From assembly GCA_036389095.1 (NCBI GenBank), contig DASVQM010000072.1, positions 25,718 through 89,717 of the forward strand: a stretch of DNA of 64,000 nucleotides, read 5' to 3'. The translations under genes and the position numbers were made by a program. Below the pieces are notes generated by a model, which was not told the origin of the DNA, did no database searches, and saw only the letters and a list, made by a program, of their open reading frames with translations. Below, piece by piece: positions 6,990-16,589 of this stretch. This DNA is from Pyrinomonadaceae bacterium (GTDB lineage Bacteria; Acidobacteriota; Blastocatellia; Pyrinomonadales; Pyrinomonadaceae). Within the stretch, counting starts at the first letter, position 1; every line of letters starts with the position of its first letter.

Positions 6990-9302
6990 ATGAAGGGTTC
7001 AGCTACATTTTCTGAAGATCAAGGCTTATCTGCTGAAGTCCTGTCTAAGCTTCAATCTCTAGTTAATTTAATCAGGGGGGAGTGCGCTATAAATGATCTG
7101 TCCGGCCTCATTATGGAGCATCTCATAGATTTATTTAGTCCCGACATTTCCTGTTTTTATATCAGAGACTACAGTACGCAGGACTATCTCAGGGCAGCCG
7201 AATATCCTAATACCTTTTGGCAAAGACAAGACATTCAAGAGAGATTCGATAAAAGACCTAATACGGGCGGAGCGATTGGAAAAGCCATAAGAGAAAAGAC
7301 GGTGGTCTTTATCCAAGACCCTGCGGAAGCCGAATTAAGGGGGGAATATGTTCCTTTTGATCCAGATATAGAAAACGAAATAGTGGTCCCAATTTTAGCT
7401 CAGAGAAGCTTTAGCACTGAGGAAAGTGTTTTTGCTTTGATTATACTGAGTAGGCGGTCCGGAAGAGAGTTTACTCCCGAAGAGCGTCAACTTATTAACA
7501 TTGTTAGTAGTATTATAAATACTATTTATAATAGTTGCTTAGCTAAAGAAGCTAAAGAAAAACGAATTCGGTTCCTTGCGAGTATTACTGAATTACAAAA
7601 TCTCGATTTTGACGTTCTGTTCCAAAACTTCCTTGTCGCCTTATCAGATCTGGTGCATTCGAGATTTACTTCACTCTGGTTATACAACGAGCTAGATGAC
7701 ACGCTCGTTATTAGGTCTTTCTATCCATCAATGCTCAGTGACAAAGAGGTGAGTTTTGAATCTTTTGATAATAGGGTCTTGAAATGCTCCGAGTGCCTGA
7801 GCGGCGAAGTCATTAATTCTAAACAACCCAAAGTTTTCACTCTTATAGATTCAAGCGACAAGTTTAGCAATCCATCGTTCGCTGAAAGGCATGGAATTGA
7901 ATGGTTTATTTCAGTACCAATTCTCGATAAGGATAAAAAGCCTCTAGGCGTAGTCAATATTAGTCCTATTGGCGATGCTCAAGAATTCGGTGAGGCCGCT
8001 CTGGAAACTCTTCTTAGTTATATTTCGCCTATATCGAATGCTATCCGGCTTACATCATTGCTCTTTGAAGAAGATCTACTTTTTTCCTATGACGTTTTTT
8101 TCAAAATAATGCTCGAATTTCGGGATGAACAAGAAAGTTGGGATAAGCTGGCAAGGCTTGTTAGAGATCGAATGAAGTGCGCCGGATGCTCCATCTTTTT
8201 AGCGGAGGCTGATGGTCAGCTACATCTTAAAGGAACAACTGGTTTGATAGGGAATCCCTCATATAAAAAGGTTGTCTATGAACCCGGCAAAGGTCTAACG
8301 GGCACTGCTTTTATAAAAGACACCCCTCTTATCTATTACTCAGAAGCCAATGAGCAATACTTTGGTATACATATTAGTAAGTTCAGAGAATTTACTCCCG
8401 GTAGAAGTAAATCCATTATCTTCGTGCAAATCTTGAATAGAGAAGATCACCCTATCGGAGTGATTCGATGTAATAACAAAGAAGAGACGCCTTCTAGGCA
8501 TATTGGCCGATTTACCAATGAAGACGTTTTTCAGCTACAAAAGATCGCGAAAGTAATTTCGAGCGTGCATTCAAAAATTTCGTGGATTAAGGAAAGAGAG
8601 AAGGAGAGGAATAGTCGCGCAAATAGCCTACACCATGAACTCTTATCTCCTCTAGAAGGTATAACTCAGCATATTGAGTGGCTGGAGTACCACTTTGATA
8701 TTTGGAGATCACAAGATGAGTGGGACAAAGATCGAGTGCTTCTAAAGCTAAAGGACATGAAGCAAAACAGTAAGTTGATCGATGTGGTTGTAACCTCCTT
8801 GGGTCGGTTCGATGAGATACGTTTGAAATTGCGTGATATAAATCTCTCTCATTTTCTCGAAACGTGCAAGGGGTTCATACTCAACGAAGCTAACCGCAAG
8901 GACATTAAAATTAACATCGATCCAATGTATGTGAGAAAGGTTAGAGGCGATGAGACTCAACTCATGAGGGTCTTCTATAATCTTCTAAGGAACGCTGTAA
9001 AGTACTCAGATCCAAAAGAGCCTCATAAATTCATTAAAATTTCTATCACCTCAAATGAGCGAGATCATTTCGTTCTTTCTTTCTCAGATAATGGAATTGG
9101 CATCATTGCAGGCGAGGAAGAAAAAATCTTCCAGATCTATGAGAGAGGATCCAATGCCGCTCAGTACTTCCCCGAAGGAACAGGACTTGGATTGGCGTAT
9201 TGTAGAAGCATAATGGAGAAGCACGGGGGACGAATCACGATAGATCCTAAAAGCTCGTCTAAACCGACGGTTTTTCATCTCAGGTTCCCAAAACTTATGT
9301 GA
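6990..9302 (+). CDS. multi-GAF sensor histidine kinase
   Basis: H-box SLHHELLSPLEGI, N box NLLRNAVKYS, G boxes DNGIGI and GTGLGLAYCRSIMEKHGGRI. The ~550-aa N-terminal region contains GAF-like repeats and no clear TM segment. Confidence 0.8.
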   Translation: MKGSATFSEDQGLSAEVLSKLQSLVNLIRGECAINDLSGLIMEHLIDLFSPDISCFYIRDYSTQDYLRAAEYPNTFWQRQDIQERFDKRPNTGGAIGKAIREKTVVFIQDPAEAELRGEYVPFDPDIENEIVVPILAQRSFSTEESVFALIILSRRSGREFTPEERQLINIVSSIINTIYNSCLAKEAKEKRIRFLASITELQNLDFDVLFQNFLVALSDLVHSRFTSLWLYNELDDTLVIRSFYPSMLSDKEVSFESFDNRVLKCSECLSGEVINSKQPKVFTLIDSSDKFSNPSFAERHGIEWFISVPILDKDKKPLGVVNISPIGDAQEFGEAALETLLSYISPISNAIRLTSLLFEEDLLFSYDVFFKIMLEFRDEQESWDKLARLVRDRMKCAGCSIFLAEADGQLHLKGTTGLIGNPSYKKVVYEPGKGLTGTAFIKDTPLIYYSEANEQYFGIHISKFREFTPGRSKSIIFVQILNREDHPIGVIRCNNKEETPSRHIGRFTNEDVFQLQKIAKVISSVHSKISWIKEREKERNSRANSLHHELLSPLEGITQHIEWLEYHFDIWRSQDEWDKDRVLLKLKDMKQNSKLIDVVVTSLGRFDEIRLKLRDINLSHFLETCKGFILNEANRKDIKINIDPMYVRKVRGDETQLMRVFYNLLRNAVKYSDPKEPHKFIKISITSNERDHFVLSFSDNGIGIIAGEEEKIFQIYERGSNAAQYFPEGTGLGLAYCRSIMEKHGGRITIDPKSSSKPTVFHLRFPKLM

Positions 9303-9309
9303 GGGTGAC

Positions 9310-9717
9310 ATGAAAACAGTTCTTTACGTCGATGATGAAGCAGATACCGAAAAAATGTCTTCGAAGTTTGAGTTAATGAAGGCTGAAGGAATTACGGTCA
9401 TTCCCGCCACAAGAATTAAAATGGCACTCGATGAACTTGAAATGCGACGTGCCTCCATTGATTTGGTAATACTCGACATCATTATGCCCCCGGAAGATTA
9501 TTATAGTTTGGAAGATACGGAGGGGGGGACAACAACAGGGCTTAAACTACTAGAAGAGATTAGGCGAAAGTACTCGGACCTCCCAATCATAATAGTAAGT
9601 GTTCGAAGATCGCCGGGGGTACAGAAGTTTGAGGCGATGTATAATGTTGCTGATTTCCTAGAAAAACCGGTTTCGGCTTTTACTTTGGCTGCTGCAATTA
9701 AGAGGATTACTAATTAG
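9310..9717 (+). CDS. stand-alone response-regulator receiver domain protein
   Basis: VLYVDDEAD, the phospho-acceptor context LVILDIIMP, and PIIIVSV...K. There is no output domain. It starts 8 nt after the kinase stop. Confidence 0.8.
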   Translation: MKTVLYVDDEADTEKMSSKFELMKAEGITVIPATRIKMALDELEMRRASIDLVILDIIMPPEDYYSLEDTEGGTTTGLKLLEEIRRKYSDLPIIIVSVRRSPGVQKFEAMYNVADFLEKPVSAFTLAAAIKRITN

Positions 9718-9865
9718 GTGATAAAACATATATATCATATTCTTTGAAGGTCCGTCCGGCAACGAAACTGCTAATCTTTCAAATTATACGTAGCGCGATG
9801 ATCTAAAATAAGTTTTGATGCTCGTTTAATTCAATTCAGCGTCTAGCTCCTTACCGGCTACTCGT

Positions 9866-10300
9866 ATGGAACATTTAATCTCCCTTATTCGCTACCTAAT
9901 GGAGTATTACTCTGTCCCCGTCATTGGGCTGACTTATATACTCATAAAAATTTTAGTCAAATTTTATATCTATAAAGCCATTGAACACGAGTTCGACTTT
10001 TGGGATGTTCTTGCATGGTTCAGTCTAGATATTATGCTGCTCTCTTTATCTGTTTGTGTTGCCTTAGATGTTCCTTCACAGAAATGGAACCTTAAACCTA
10101 TAGCGTCTTACTTCTTCTATATTATTTTCGTTGTCTTTTGCATCACTAATGGTTTCTGTTACCTTTACTTTACAAAAAGGAGAGACCAACTTGAAAAGAT
10201 TCCTCCGATCAAGGACTTGAAATTGGCCTCCCTTCTGAGTGTTAGTTGGGCTATAGGGTTTTATTGGTTTTGGGGAATTTTTGACGCTCTGAAACAGTAA
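9866..10300 (+). CDS. integral membrane protein (about 4 TM helices), unknown function
   Basis: The hydrophobic segment pattern runs throughout the ORF. Confidence 0.5.
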   Translation: MEHLISLIRYLMEYYSVPVIGLTYILIKILVKFYIYKAIEHEFDFWDVLAWFSLDIMLLSLSVCVALDVPSQKWNLKPIASYFFYIIFVVFCITNGFCYLYFTKRRDQLEKIPPIKDLKLASLLSVSWAIGFYWFWGIFDALKQ

Positions 10301-10315
10301 TTCGGAATTTGGGAA

Positions 10316-10969
10316 ATGGATGATTCATTCAAAATTCTAAAGAAGCTATTTCTCGAACACTACATAGAATTAGTAGTGTTGGCGATAAGTTGGATCTTTA
10401 TTTATTACATTCTTAAGTGCTTAGATCTTCTTGCCCGAAAAATCTTGCTCAGATTACCTTTTTATTTGGAAATTCGGTTGAGGAGAATAATGATTGGGGC
10501 GAGCGCTCAACGTAATAAAATGGTAGCCGGGAAAATGTTAAGCGCAGAGAAGAGATTGCAACTATTCTTGGAAATCGAAAGGCTTCACATCTCTATCGAT
10601 GAAAAGATCTCAAAGATTAAGAGCGGACAACATTGGGTGACGAAAATACTACGACCAGAAAGTATCGAAGATGAATTACAAGAGATAAAAACTAAAGATT
10701 GGGCACTACTGGAGTCCGATTATGCTCTTTGTGAAGCTATTTCCACCAGTGATTTTAGCGCAAGAGGGCTTCGACATTTTATTGGAAACCCTCGGCCTCA
10801 ACCTGCTGAAAAATACGGTCTGCTCATACATAGCGTAAGATTCGGCCCGGAATATACACAGGTGTTAGCCCGGTATTTTATCGATAATGTTTATAAGTTA
10901 GATCAATTAAGGGCATTAAGAAGCCTTGCCTCTCAAAGTAAACAGGAAACCAGTGAGATACATAAATAG
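10316..10969 (+). CDS. hypothetical protein with one N-terminal TM helix
   Basis: ORF starting 16 nt after the previous gene. It has the segment IELVVLAISWIFIYYIL followed by a soluble charged domain. Confidence 0.5.
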   Translation: MDDSFKILKKLFLEHYIELVVLAISWIFIYYILKCLDLLARKILLRLPFYLEIRLRRIMIGASAQRNKMVAGKMLSAEKRLQLFLEIERLHISIDEKISKIKSGQHWVTKILRPESIEDELQEIKTKDWALLESDYALCEAISTSDFSARGLRHFIGNPRPQPAEKYGLLIHSVRFGPEYTQVLARYFIDNVYKLDQLRALRSLASQSKQETSEIHK

Positions 10970-11332
10970 CTCTGACTGAAAGTCTTTACTCTGTTTAATC
11001 ATCTGTCGGATATAGCTTCAATTCCGGTATTCCCGCCGGACATCTCTGAGGTCATAACTAGAAATAAGCTTTCCCTGAGAGCCACTCCTCACAAATGAAT
11101 TTTCCCGTGCGCGTGCCGAAAATGAACACGTTATCCAAGGTACCCATCCCAACCGTCTCGCTGATTAAATCCAGCCACAACATTGCACTTGTAGTGGTTC
11201 ACAAGAGAGGTACCCAACACAAGCCGCCAACATCCATCAGGACAAACCTGACGCCGCCTAGCCGCACCCATCTGAATTGGTCATCCATCTCTAAATCACT
11301 CATTGCTTGAACATCGCCTTTATCGAAGACCT

Positions 11333-13405
11333 TTACATCGCCCACCATGAAATCTCGACCTGTTCAAGAGCAGCGGTCGCGAAATTCCGCACCCTTTCAT
11401 TTGGATCATCTTTGCTGCGTCTGCAAAGCAATTCTCTTATCTTTTCAACGCCGGCGAAGCCGCAAGCCCATAATGCTGCTTCGCGCACTGCCGGATTATT
11501 ATCCTCAACCGCCACCTGTCGCAGGCACTTATTGCCTTCTACACACTGGAGAAAAGCAAGGCAAGCCACGGCTGTTAAACGCGCTTCATAATTCCTTAGC
11601 TCCAGAGCAGGGAAGATGAACCGCGTATCCCGGAGCCAGCCGAGTTGACTGTCAGCCAGCATGGCCTGCAAACAGCATTCATGTCCGCCCCACTTCTTCG
11701 CCGCGTACAGCAGCGCGTCAGTCCGGTCGAACAGGAATTCGGCAGCTAAATGCGGATCTTTTGCAAATCTATTCTGATAGTTGGGATTCGGAATGCGGCG
11801 GATCTCGCCGTATAAAAGCCTGATAAGCTGGTTAGGATCAGTAATATCTTGTGCCAGCGGGTAAAACGGCATTATCACTGGCAGAAGCTCTTCGGCTGTC
11901 CACGCCGCAACGTCTTTTGATACTTCCGATGGAAGATCAAGACCTTTTGATTCTCGCGAGCTAAGCCATTCACGCGTTCTATTGAGGATTCCTTCAACCC
12001 GATCACGAAGCTCCTCCGCATCCCGCCGAGTTGCCGCATCGCCGTACTCACCATTAAGAAGTTGGTCAAGCCCTTGCAATGCATCTTGCGCATCTGCCGC
12101 GATCATTATCGCTCTGCCGATTGCGACTGATGGCAACGCGCAGCCTTCGAGGGCGCATAATTGCTCCTCGGCATTGGCCTCCAGCCAGCGGGATTCAATC
12201 TGGTGCAGACACACAAAGGCGTGGGCATCTCTTACCCCATCAGCGGAATGGTAATAGTATGCGTCGCCATTCACCCTACCCACTTGGTAGACCCGTTGGA
12301 GGACACGCTCATGCCGAGTGCCGTCCCCTCCGTCAATCAGTTCCTTAGAAGCATCCGAGATGATTTGAAAAAGGCTGGATGAGCCGACAGGGTGAAGTGT
12401 ATCGTCCATCTTTATCTCGCTTGATACATCTCTTTGCGTAACCGGCCTGCCGAGCCGCTCGACTGCGCGACGGACGGCTTCACCAATGCGCTCCGCATCA
12501 TTGGCATAAGCATCAATGATGTCGAGCACTTCATCAGGCACATCGCACGGTGCCCAAAGCGACGCATTTTGCCCCGGCCTCTTAATCTTGCGTATCGCCG
12601 CAGCATCGGTTTGGGAAAGCTGGATCATCGCATTGACGAGCAGTTTAGGATTCTTCAAGTTTTCGTGTGGTTGTGGGTCGGAGAGGAGCCGAGTGCGGAC
12701 TTCACCTGTTGAGATGGGTCTAGGCAGGCGATTTTCGGCAGCAGCTTGCCTCAAGTTCTCATTCCACAACTCTCTAAAGGCGTACAGAACTTGATCCAGC
12801 CATGTCAGCGCCTCCGTGGGCATATACTGAGTTGAGTCAAGATCGGAAGGAAGGTATAAATTAGTGCCCTGATTGTCTTTGCGCAGAGGATTGCCTACGA
12901 CTTTTAACTCGCCGGTATCTTTGAGGCTAAGCACGTCATGAGTAATTTCCGCCTCGGACAAGTCAAGTGTTTCCGGGTGTTCGGCTACATACTTCAACAC
13001 GTCATTAACGCGCACGGCACGGTTTAGCAGTGCCACCGTGTCCCTTACTAATTCAAGCACTCGCTGCCTTCGCGACATCTTCGTAGGAAGGTCTCTCGAC
13101 TCCGGGGCGAGAGCATTTACGGAGCCGTAGTAGCGGTTTGCGCCTATTCTACCGGGCGAGAACACAACCTTCCTTACACAGAGCTGATTTAGAACGCTGG
13201 CGACAGTTTGGCTTAAATTCTTGCTGTAGGCCTTTTTAATCCGCTCAATATCTTTCTCCGAAAGAGACAGCGCGGCGATTACTTCGCTGACAGTCGCAAC
13301 TCTAGAGTAAGCGATGTTAGCCACCTCAAGCGCCCGGAGCACGAGCTTGTGCTCGGCTTTAAGCCTTTGGTCAGATTTAGTTGATAGTCTTCTTATCTTC
13401 TCCAT
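11333..13405 (-). CDS. 690-aa transposon-encoded protein: about four winged-helix-like modules plus C-terminal HEAT-like repeats (candidate target selector; not TniQ/TnsD-like by eye)
   Basis: It is the third gene of the tnsB-tnsC operon, 8 nt after the tnsC stop. Repeated HTH-plus-wing-like modules each end in an aromatic hairpin (..GANRYYG, ..GTNLYLP, ..NASLWAP, ..GDAYYYH). The C-terminus has NPAVREAALWACG and DPNERVRNFATAAL, which are HEAT/PBS-lyase-like. No N-terminal Cys/His zinc motif is present. Confidence 0.6.
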   Translation of the reverse strand: MEKIRRLSTKSDQRLKAEHKLVLRALEVANIAYSRVATVSEVIAALSLSEKDIERIKKAYSKNLSQTVASVLNQLCVRKVVFSPGRIGANRYYGSVNALAPESRDLPTKMSRRQRVLELVRDTVALLNRAVRVNDVLKYVAEHPETLDLSEAEITHDVLSLKDTGELKVVGNPLRKDNQGTNLYLPSDLDSTQYMPTEALTWLDQVLYAFRELWNENLRQAAAENRLPRPISTGEVRTRLLSDPQPHENLKNPKLLVNAMIQLSQTDAAAIRKIKRPGQNASLWAPCDVPDEVLDIIDAYANDAERIGEAVRRAVERLGRPVTQRDVSSEIKMDDTLHPVGSSSLFQIISDASKELIDGGDGTRHERVLQRVYQVGRVNGDAYYYHSADGVRDAHAFVCLHQIESRWLEANAEEQLCALEGCALPSVAIGRAIMIAADAQDALQGLDQLLNGEYGDAATRRDAEELRDRVEGILNRTREWLSSRESKGLDLPSEVSKDVAAWTAEELLPVIMPFYPLAQDITDPNQLIRLLYGEIRRIPNPNYQNRFAKDPHLAAEFLFDRTDALLYAAKKWGGHECCLQAMLADSQLGWLRDTRFIFPALELRNYEARLTAVACLAFLQCVEGNKCLRQVAVEDNNPAVREAALWACGFAGVEKIRELLCRRSKDDPNERVRNFATAALEQVEISWWAM

Positions 13406-13413
13406 CTTTCCCT

Positions 13414-14409
13414 CTACTTCTTGTCGCTTGATCCCTTGTCGGACTGCTTCGGATCGCCCTGCTTCTTCTCGTTATGTAACACCTTCTTGTAAGGGCTATA
13501 AGGCTTAGCGGAGTCCCTGAGAGCCTGCATCATGCTCTCGCTAGTCCTCATATATATGGCGCGCAAGAACTCCGCAGTGATCTCACCCTTGGCGTGACTT
13601 AGCCTGTAATCCAACAGTTGGACGAAAGGAGCGATCAGGCCGGGTAAGCCTGAGCACAGTTCATGGATAACTTCCACCTGTTCGCGGTGCCCCTTCTTCT
13701 TGGCGTCCAGAATGGCAAAATACGGGTGTAATTTCGTCAGCAGCGTCCACGTCGCATCAATGTCGTATTGGTCAAAGTAGCACCACTCGTGGATGCGATT
13801 GTGAATTTGCGGGTACTTGATTATCGTGTGAGGCAGATCGTCCATCCCGACGAACACTAGGGTCAGAGTCCACCCTTCGTTTTCGGCGGTGTCGCGGACA
13901 AGATTCATTCCGCGAATCGCGTCCGCCGACAAGCCGCCAGCCTCATCAACGATAATCAACTGGATTCGTTTACGGCGTAGCCCATGGACGAGTTGTGCGG
14001 CGAGCACCTCCGGCGGGTTGCGGATATAGAAACCTTCGTCCATTTGAACGCCGAGGGCAGCTTGATAGAGGCTCCTGATGCCCTTCTTGATCTCATTGCC
14101 GGAACCTTTCACGACCGCGCCGACCTCATAGTGAATCGCCCGGAATGTATCGGGATTGTCCTCATCGAATACCTCGTTGAGATGGTTAGCCATGTAACGC
14201 CCCGTCGTAGTTTTACCGATCCTGCTTCGCCCGTACCAGACGACCAGAGCGCCGCAAGAGTGAACAGAGAGCGTGCGATTGATCATCTCTTTCATCATAG
14301 GCGTAAGGACGATGTCCTTGAGGTCCTTCGGCTTGGCCCTCGGTATTCTGATCCCATCAGCCGTGATGATCGCCCGCTCGGTGTTAATTAAGGTACCCAT
14401 CTTCCCCAC
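13414..14409 (-). CDS. tnsC: AAA+ ATPase of the TnsC/TniB transposition-regulator family
   Basis: Walker A GRSRIGKTT and Walker B LIIVDEAGGL. Its size (331 aa) and its position directly downstream of, and overlapping, the DDE transposase gene also fit. Confidence 0.75.
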   Translation of the reverse strand: MGKMGTLINTERAIITADGIRIPRAKPKDLKDIVLTPMMKEMINRTLSVHSCGALVVWYGRSRIGKTTTGRYMANHLNEVFDEDNPDTFRAIHYEVGAVVKGSGNEIKKGIRSLYQAALGVQMDEGFYIRNPPEVLAAQLVHGLRRKRIQLIIVDEAGGLSADAIRGMNLVRDTAENEGWTLTLVFVGMDDLPHTIIKYPQIHNRIHEWCYFDQYDIDATWTLLTKLHPYFAILDAKKKGHREQVEVIHELCSGLPGLIAPFVQLLDYRLSHAKGEITAEFLRAIYMRTSESMMQALRDSAKPYSPYKKVLHNEKKQGDPKQSDKGSSDKK

Positions 14410-16087
14410 CGTCCTGTCGCTTGAACTCTTCCATTAACCTCTGAATTTCTGCCGCTTTATCCTCCTCTAATGTCTCCATCAGGAATTCCGATTCTTTGCT
14501 TGCCTGCGCCTCTTCGACCCGCCATGCTTCCTCACGCTCGATGCGTTCGGCCTGCTTACGGTCGTTCTCATATACCTCGCGCATATATTCCTTGGTGCGC
14601 TGGATAAGGCCGCGTCGGAACTCGCTGCGCGTGCGCTTGATGTCCACGATGGTGTAGCGCGGGTTTTCGGCCAGCATGTCGAACGCTTCACACAGGAATT
14701 CGCCCGTAGCCGCGCAATAAATCAATACCGAATCCATATCTTCCGGGTTGTAGCGAAGGCAGACCTTGCGCTTCCAATGGTAAGCGAGTTCCGGCGACCA
14801 AAATCTGTGCCTGACGCCGTCAAGCTTGAATTTGATCCCCGTATTCAGCACCGTGCATTCCTTGTCGTACTTGAGAATCAGGAGATTGAGATCGTCCTCG
14901 CTGGCAGGCAGTCGCAGTCGCTTTGTGCTTTCCCAAAACTTTAGCGGCTCGCGTCCCGTCTCGGAGTGCTCGCGCCGGTGATAATCCTTATCAATCCAGC
15001 GGGCTATCTCCTTATCAAGCTGCCGAAGGGTGTAAAACTCGTGAACGCGCTTGAGGGCGGCTTCTTCGGTCACGCCGACGGCGTCCATGTGCCCCGGCAA
15101 AATGCGCAGGCAGCCGGAATCTATGGTTCTGAACATGATCTCGATTTTGCCCTTGGAGTCCGGATGTCTCGGAGGGTCAGGCTCAGGGTTACAGCGTAAA
15201 CCTCTTAGCGTTGCGGCAATCGCGTAGGAGATAAAATCACTTCCCCGGTCGGATTCGAATCGCGTCGGAATACCGCAAAGGATACTGTCCTCTTTCGGAA
15301 GGATGGCGCGGCGGAAGGTGAGTGCGATTACCCAAGAGTCAGGGTATTTGGTCGAGACGACATACGCCATGACGGCGCGGGAGTGTGAGTCAAGTAGGAG
15401 CGTGATATATACTCGGAATGGCCTCCACTCGCCATTGATCTTGACCCTCACCCAAATCTTCAGTGGGCTGTGATCTCCCTGCCAGAGTTCATTCGCGTAA
15501 GTTGAGTTCTCGTAGCGGGTGACCGGTCGTGCCTGTTTGTCCCACTCGCGGATCCCGACTTTACCGTTGCGGGCCAGTTTCAAGCTTTCATCGAGATGAG
15601 CTAGATACTTTTTGACCGAGCTTTCGCATGGTTCAGCGATTTTGCGTTCCCGGCACTCTTCGCAGACCTTCTTCCAGATAGCCCTCGGCCCTGCCGCCTC
15701 GCGAGCGAAGTACCAAGCGAGTGTGATTTTCTTTACCTCGAAGGTGAACACCTTCGCTTCGTATTCCCGACCCCACCGCTTGTCGAGCAAGGCCGGAAAC
15801 CCGCCTTCCTTGAACCTCTTGTATAGATTGCGAGCAGTACGTTCCGTGCGTGAAATCCCAAGGCGTTTGATCGCTTCGCGCGCCCGTACATCGCGATCCA
15901 TCAAATTCACCAGCCCGCAATTCTCAGCATAGATCTGCAACTGCTTATCGCCGAGTTCATCCAGCCTTATCGCTTTGGCGCGAGTTTTATCGTTCGGTTG
16001 ATGGATTACTTCCTGCTCTGTTTGATCCGAAGCTAGTGATTTGGCTTCACGCTTCTTTTTAGTTTTAGGTCTGTTACGCCTTGTCAT
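14384..16087 (-). CDS. tnsB: DDE (rve/Mu-type) transposase of the TnsB/TniA family
   Basis: Catalytic triad contexts are WQGDHSPL, ESDRGSDF and KGKIEIMFRT. It has N-terminal HTH regions and a Mu-transposase-like C-terminal part. ATG 16087 with GGAGGTG upstream is preferred over the ORF-track start at 16261, whose extra 58 aa look non-coding. Confidence 0.8.
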   Translation of the reverse strand: MTRRNRPKTKKKREAKSLASDQTEQEVIHQPNDKTRAKAIRLDELGDKQLQIYAENCGLVNLMDRDVRAREAIKRLGISRTERTARNLYKRFKEGGFPALLDKRWGREYEAKVFTFEVKKITLAWYFAREAAGPRAIWKKVCEECRERKIAEPCESSVKKYLAHLDESLKLARNGKVGIREWDKQARPVTRYENSTYANELWQGDHSPLKIWVRVKINGEWRPFRVYITLLLDSHSRAVMAYVVSTKYPDSWVIALTFRRAILPKEDSILCGIPTRFESDRGSDFISYAIAATLRGLRCNPEPDPPRHPDSKGKIEIMFRTIDSGCLRILPGHMDAVGVTEEAALKRVHEFYTLRQLDKEIARWIDKDYHRREHSETGREPLKFWESTKRLRLPASEDDLNLLILKYDKECTVLNTGIKFKLDGVRHRFWSPELAYHWKRKVCLRYNPEDMDSVLIYCAATGEFLCEAFDMLAENPRYTIVDIKRTRSEFRRGLIQRTKEYMREVYENDRKQAERIEREEAWRVEEAQASKESEFLMETLEEDKAAEIQRLMEEFKRQDGGEDGYLN

Positions 16088-16589
16088 ATCGTAGTCCACA
16101 CCTCCTATGCGAAAACTTTTGGCGATTACCTTGTGCTGATGCCAAGCGGTTGGACTCAAGCCAACAGATTCAGCCTTAAGGCTACAGCTTTGTGTTATAA
16201 ATAAAACAATATGCAATAGATAAAACACTTTGGGCATAAGAGTCCTAAAGTTCGAATACATCTCCTCAACTACCTCCTATCACCGTGCTGACTGTCGAGA
16301 GAAAATTTGCTTGTGAGTGTCGGTTCCTATGGATAGGACTACGGCGATGGCGGGAGACTTACTTAATGATCGGTATTTACTTTCCCTCACTGCCTGACCT
16401 CCTCGCGATTTCTCTCAAACCGCTAACAGTCCCTATTAGGGTCACGGGAACGTACCCTGTCAATGTGTTTTTTTATCGGTATAAACTTACACAAAAAAGA
16501 GCTATGAATTCGCTGTGTTGAGTATGGTTTTAAGACTCGAATTCTCAAATTGACAGTCCAACCGCGATTTACTTGAAGCACAACACTGC

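Noticed and set aside
11148-11226. Two AGGTACCCA...CCG motifs 60 bp apart downstream of the 690-aa gene, as possible extra transposase sites
   Set aside because: Only the GGTA and CCG edges match the end units. There is no TG tip nearby, so the evidence is insufficient.
16191-16232. TGTGTTAT...CAATAGATAAAAC resembling a Tn7 left-end tip and site
   Set aside because: Its orientation would place the tns genes outside the element. The similarity is short and gapped.
16088-16261. 58-aa N-terminal extension of the tnsB ORF given in the track
   Set aside because: The extension is hydrophobic and low-complexity and has no RBS. ATG 16087 has GGAGGTG upstream and is followed by the basic HTH region.
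16371-16493. Possible internal transposon end upstream of tnsB. It consists of ATCGGTATTTACTTT and ATCGGTATAAACTTACACA, the latter ending in ACA.
   Set aside because: They share only an 8-mer, which is expected by chance within 500 bp. Ungapped similarity to the 23-bp end units is poor (~8/23). It is noted as a possibility only.
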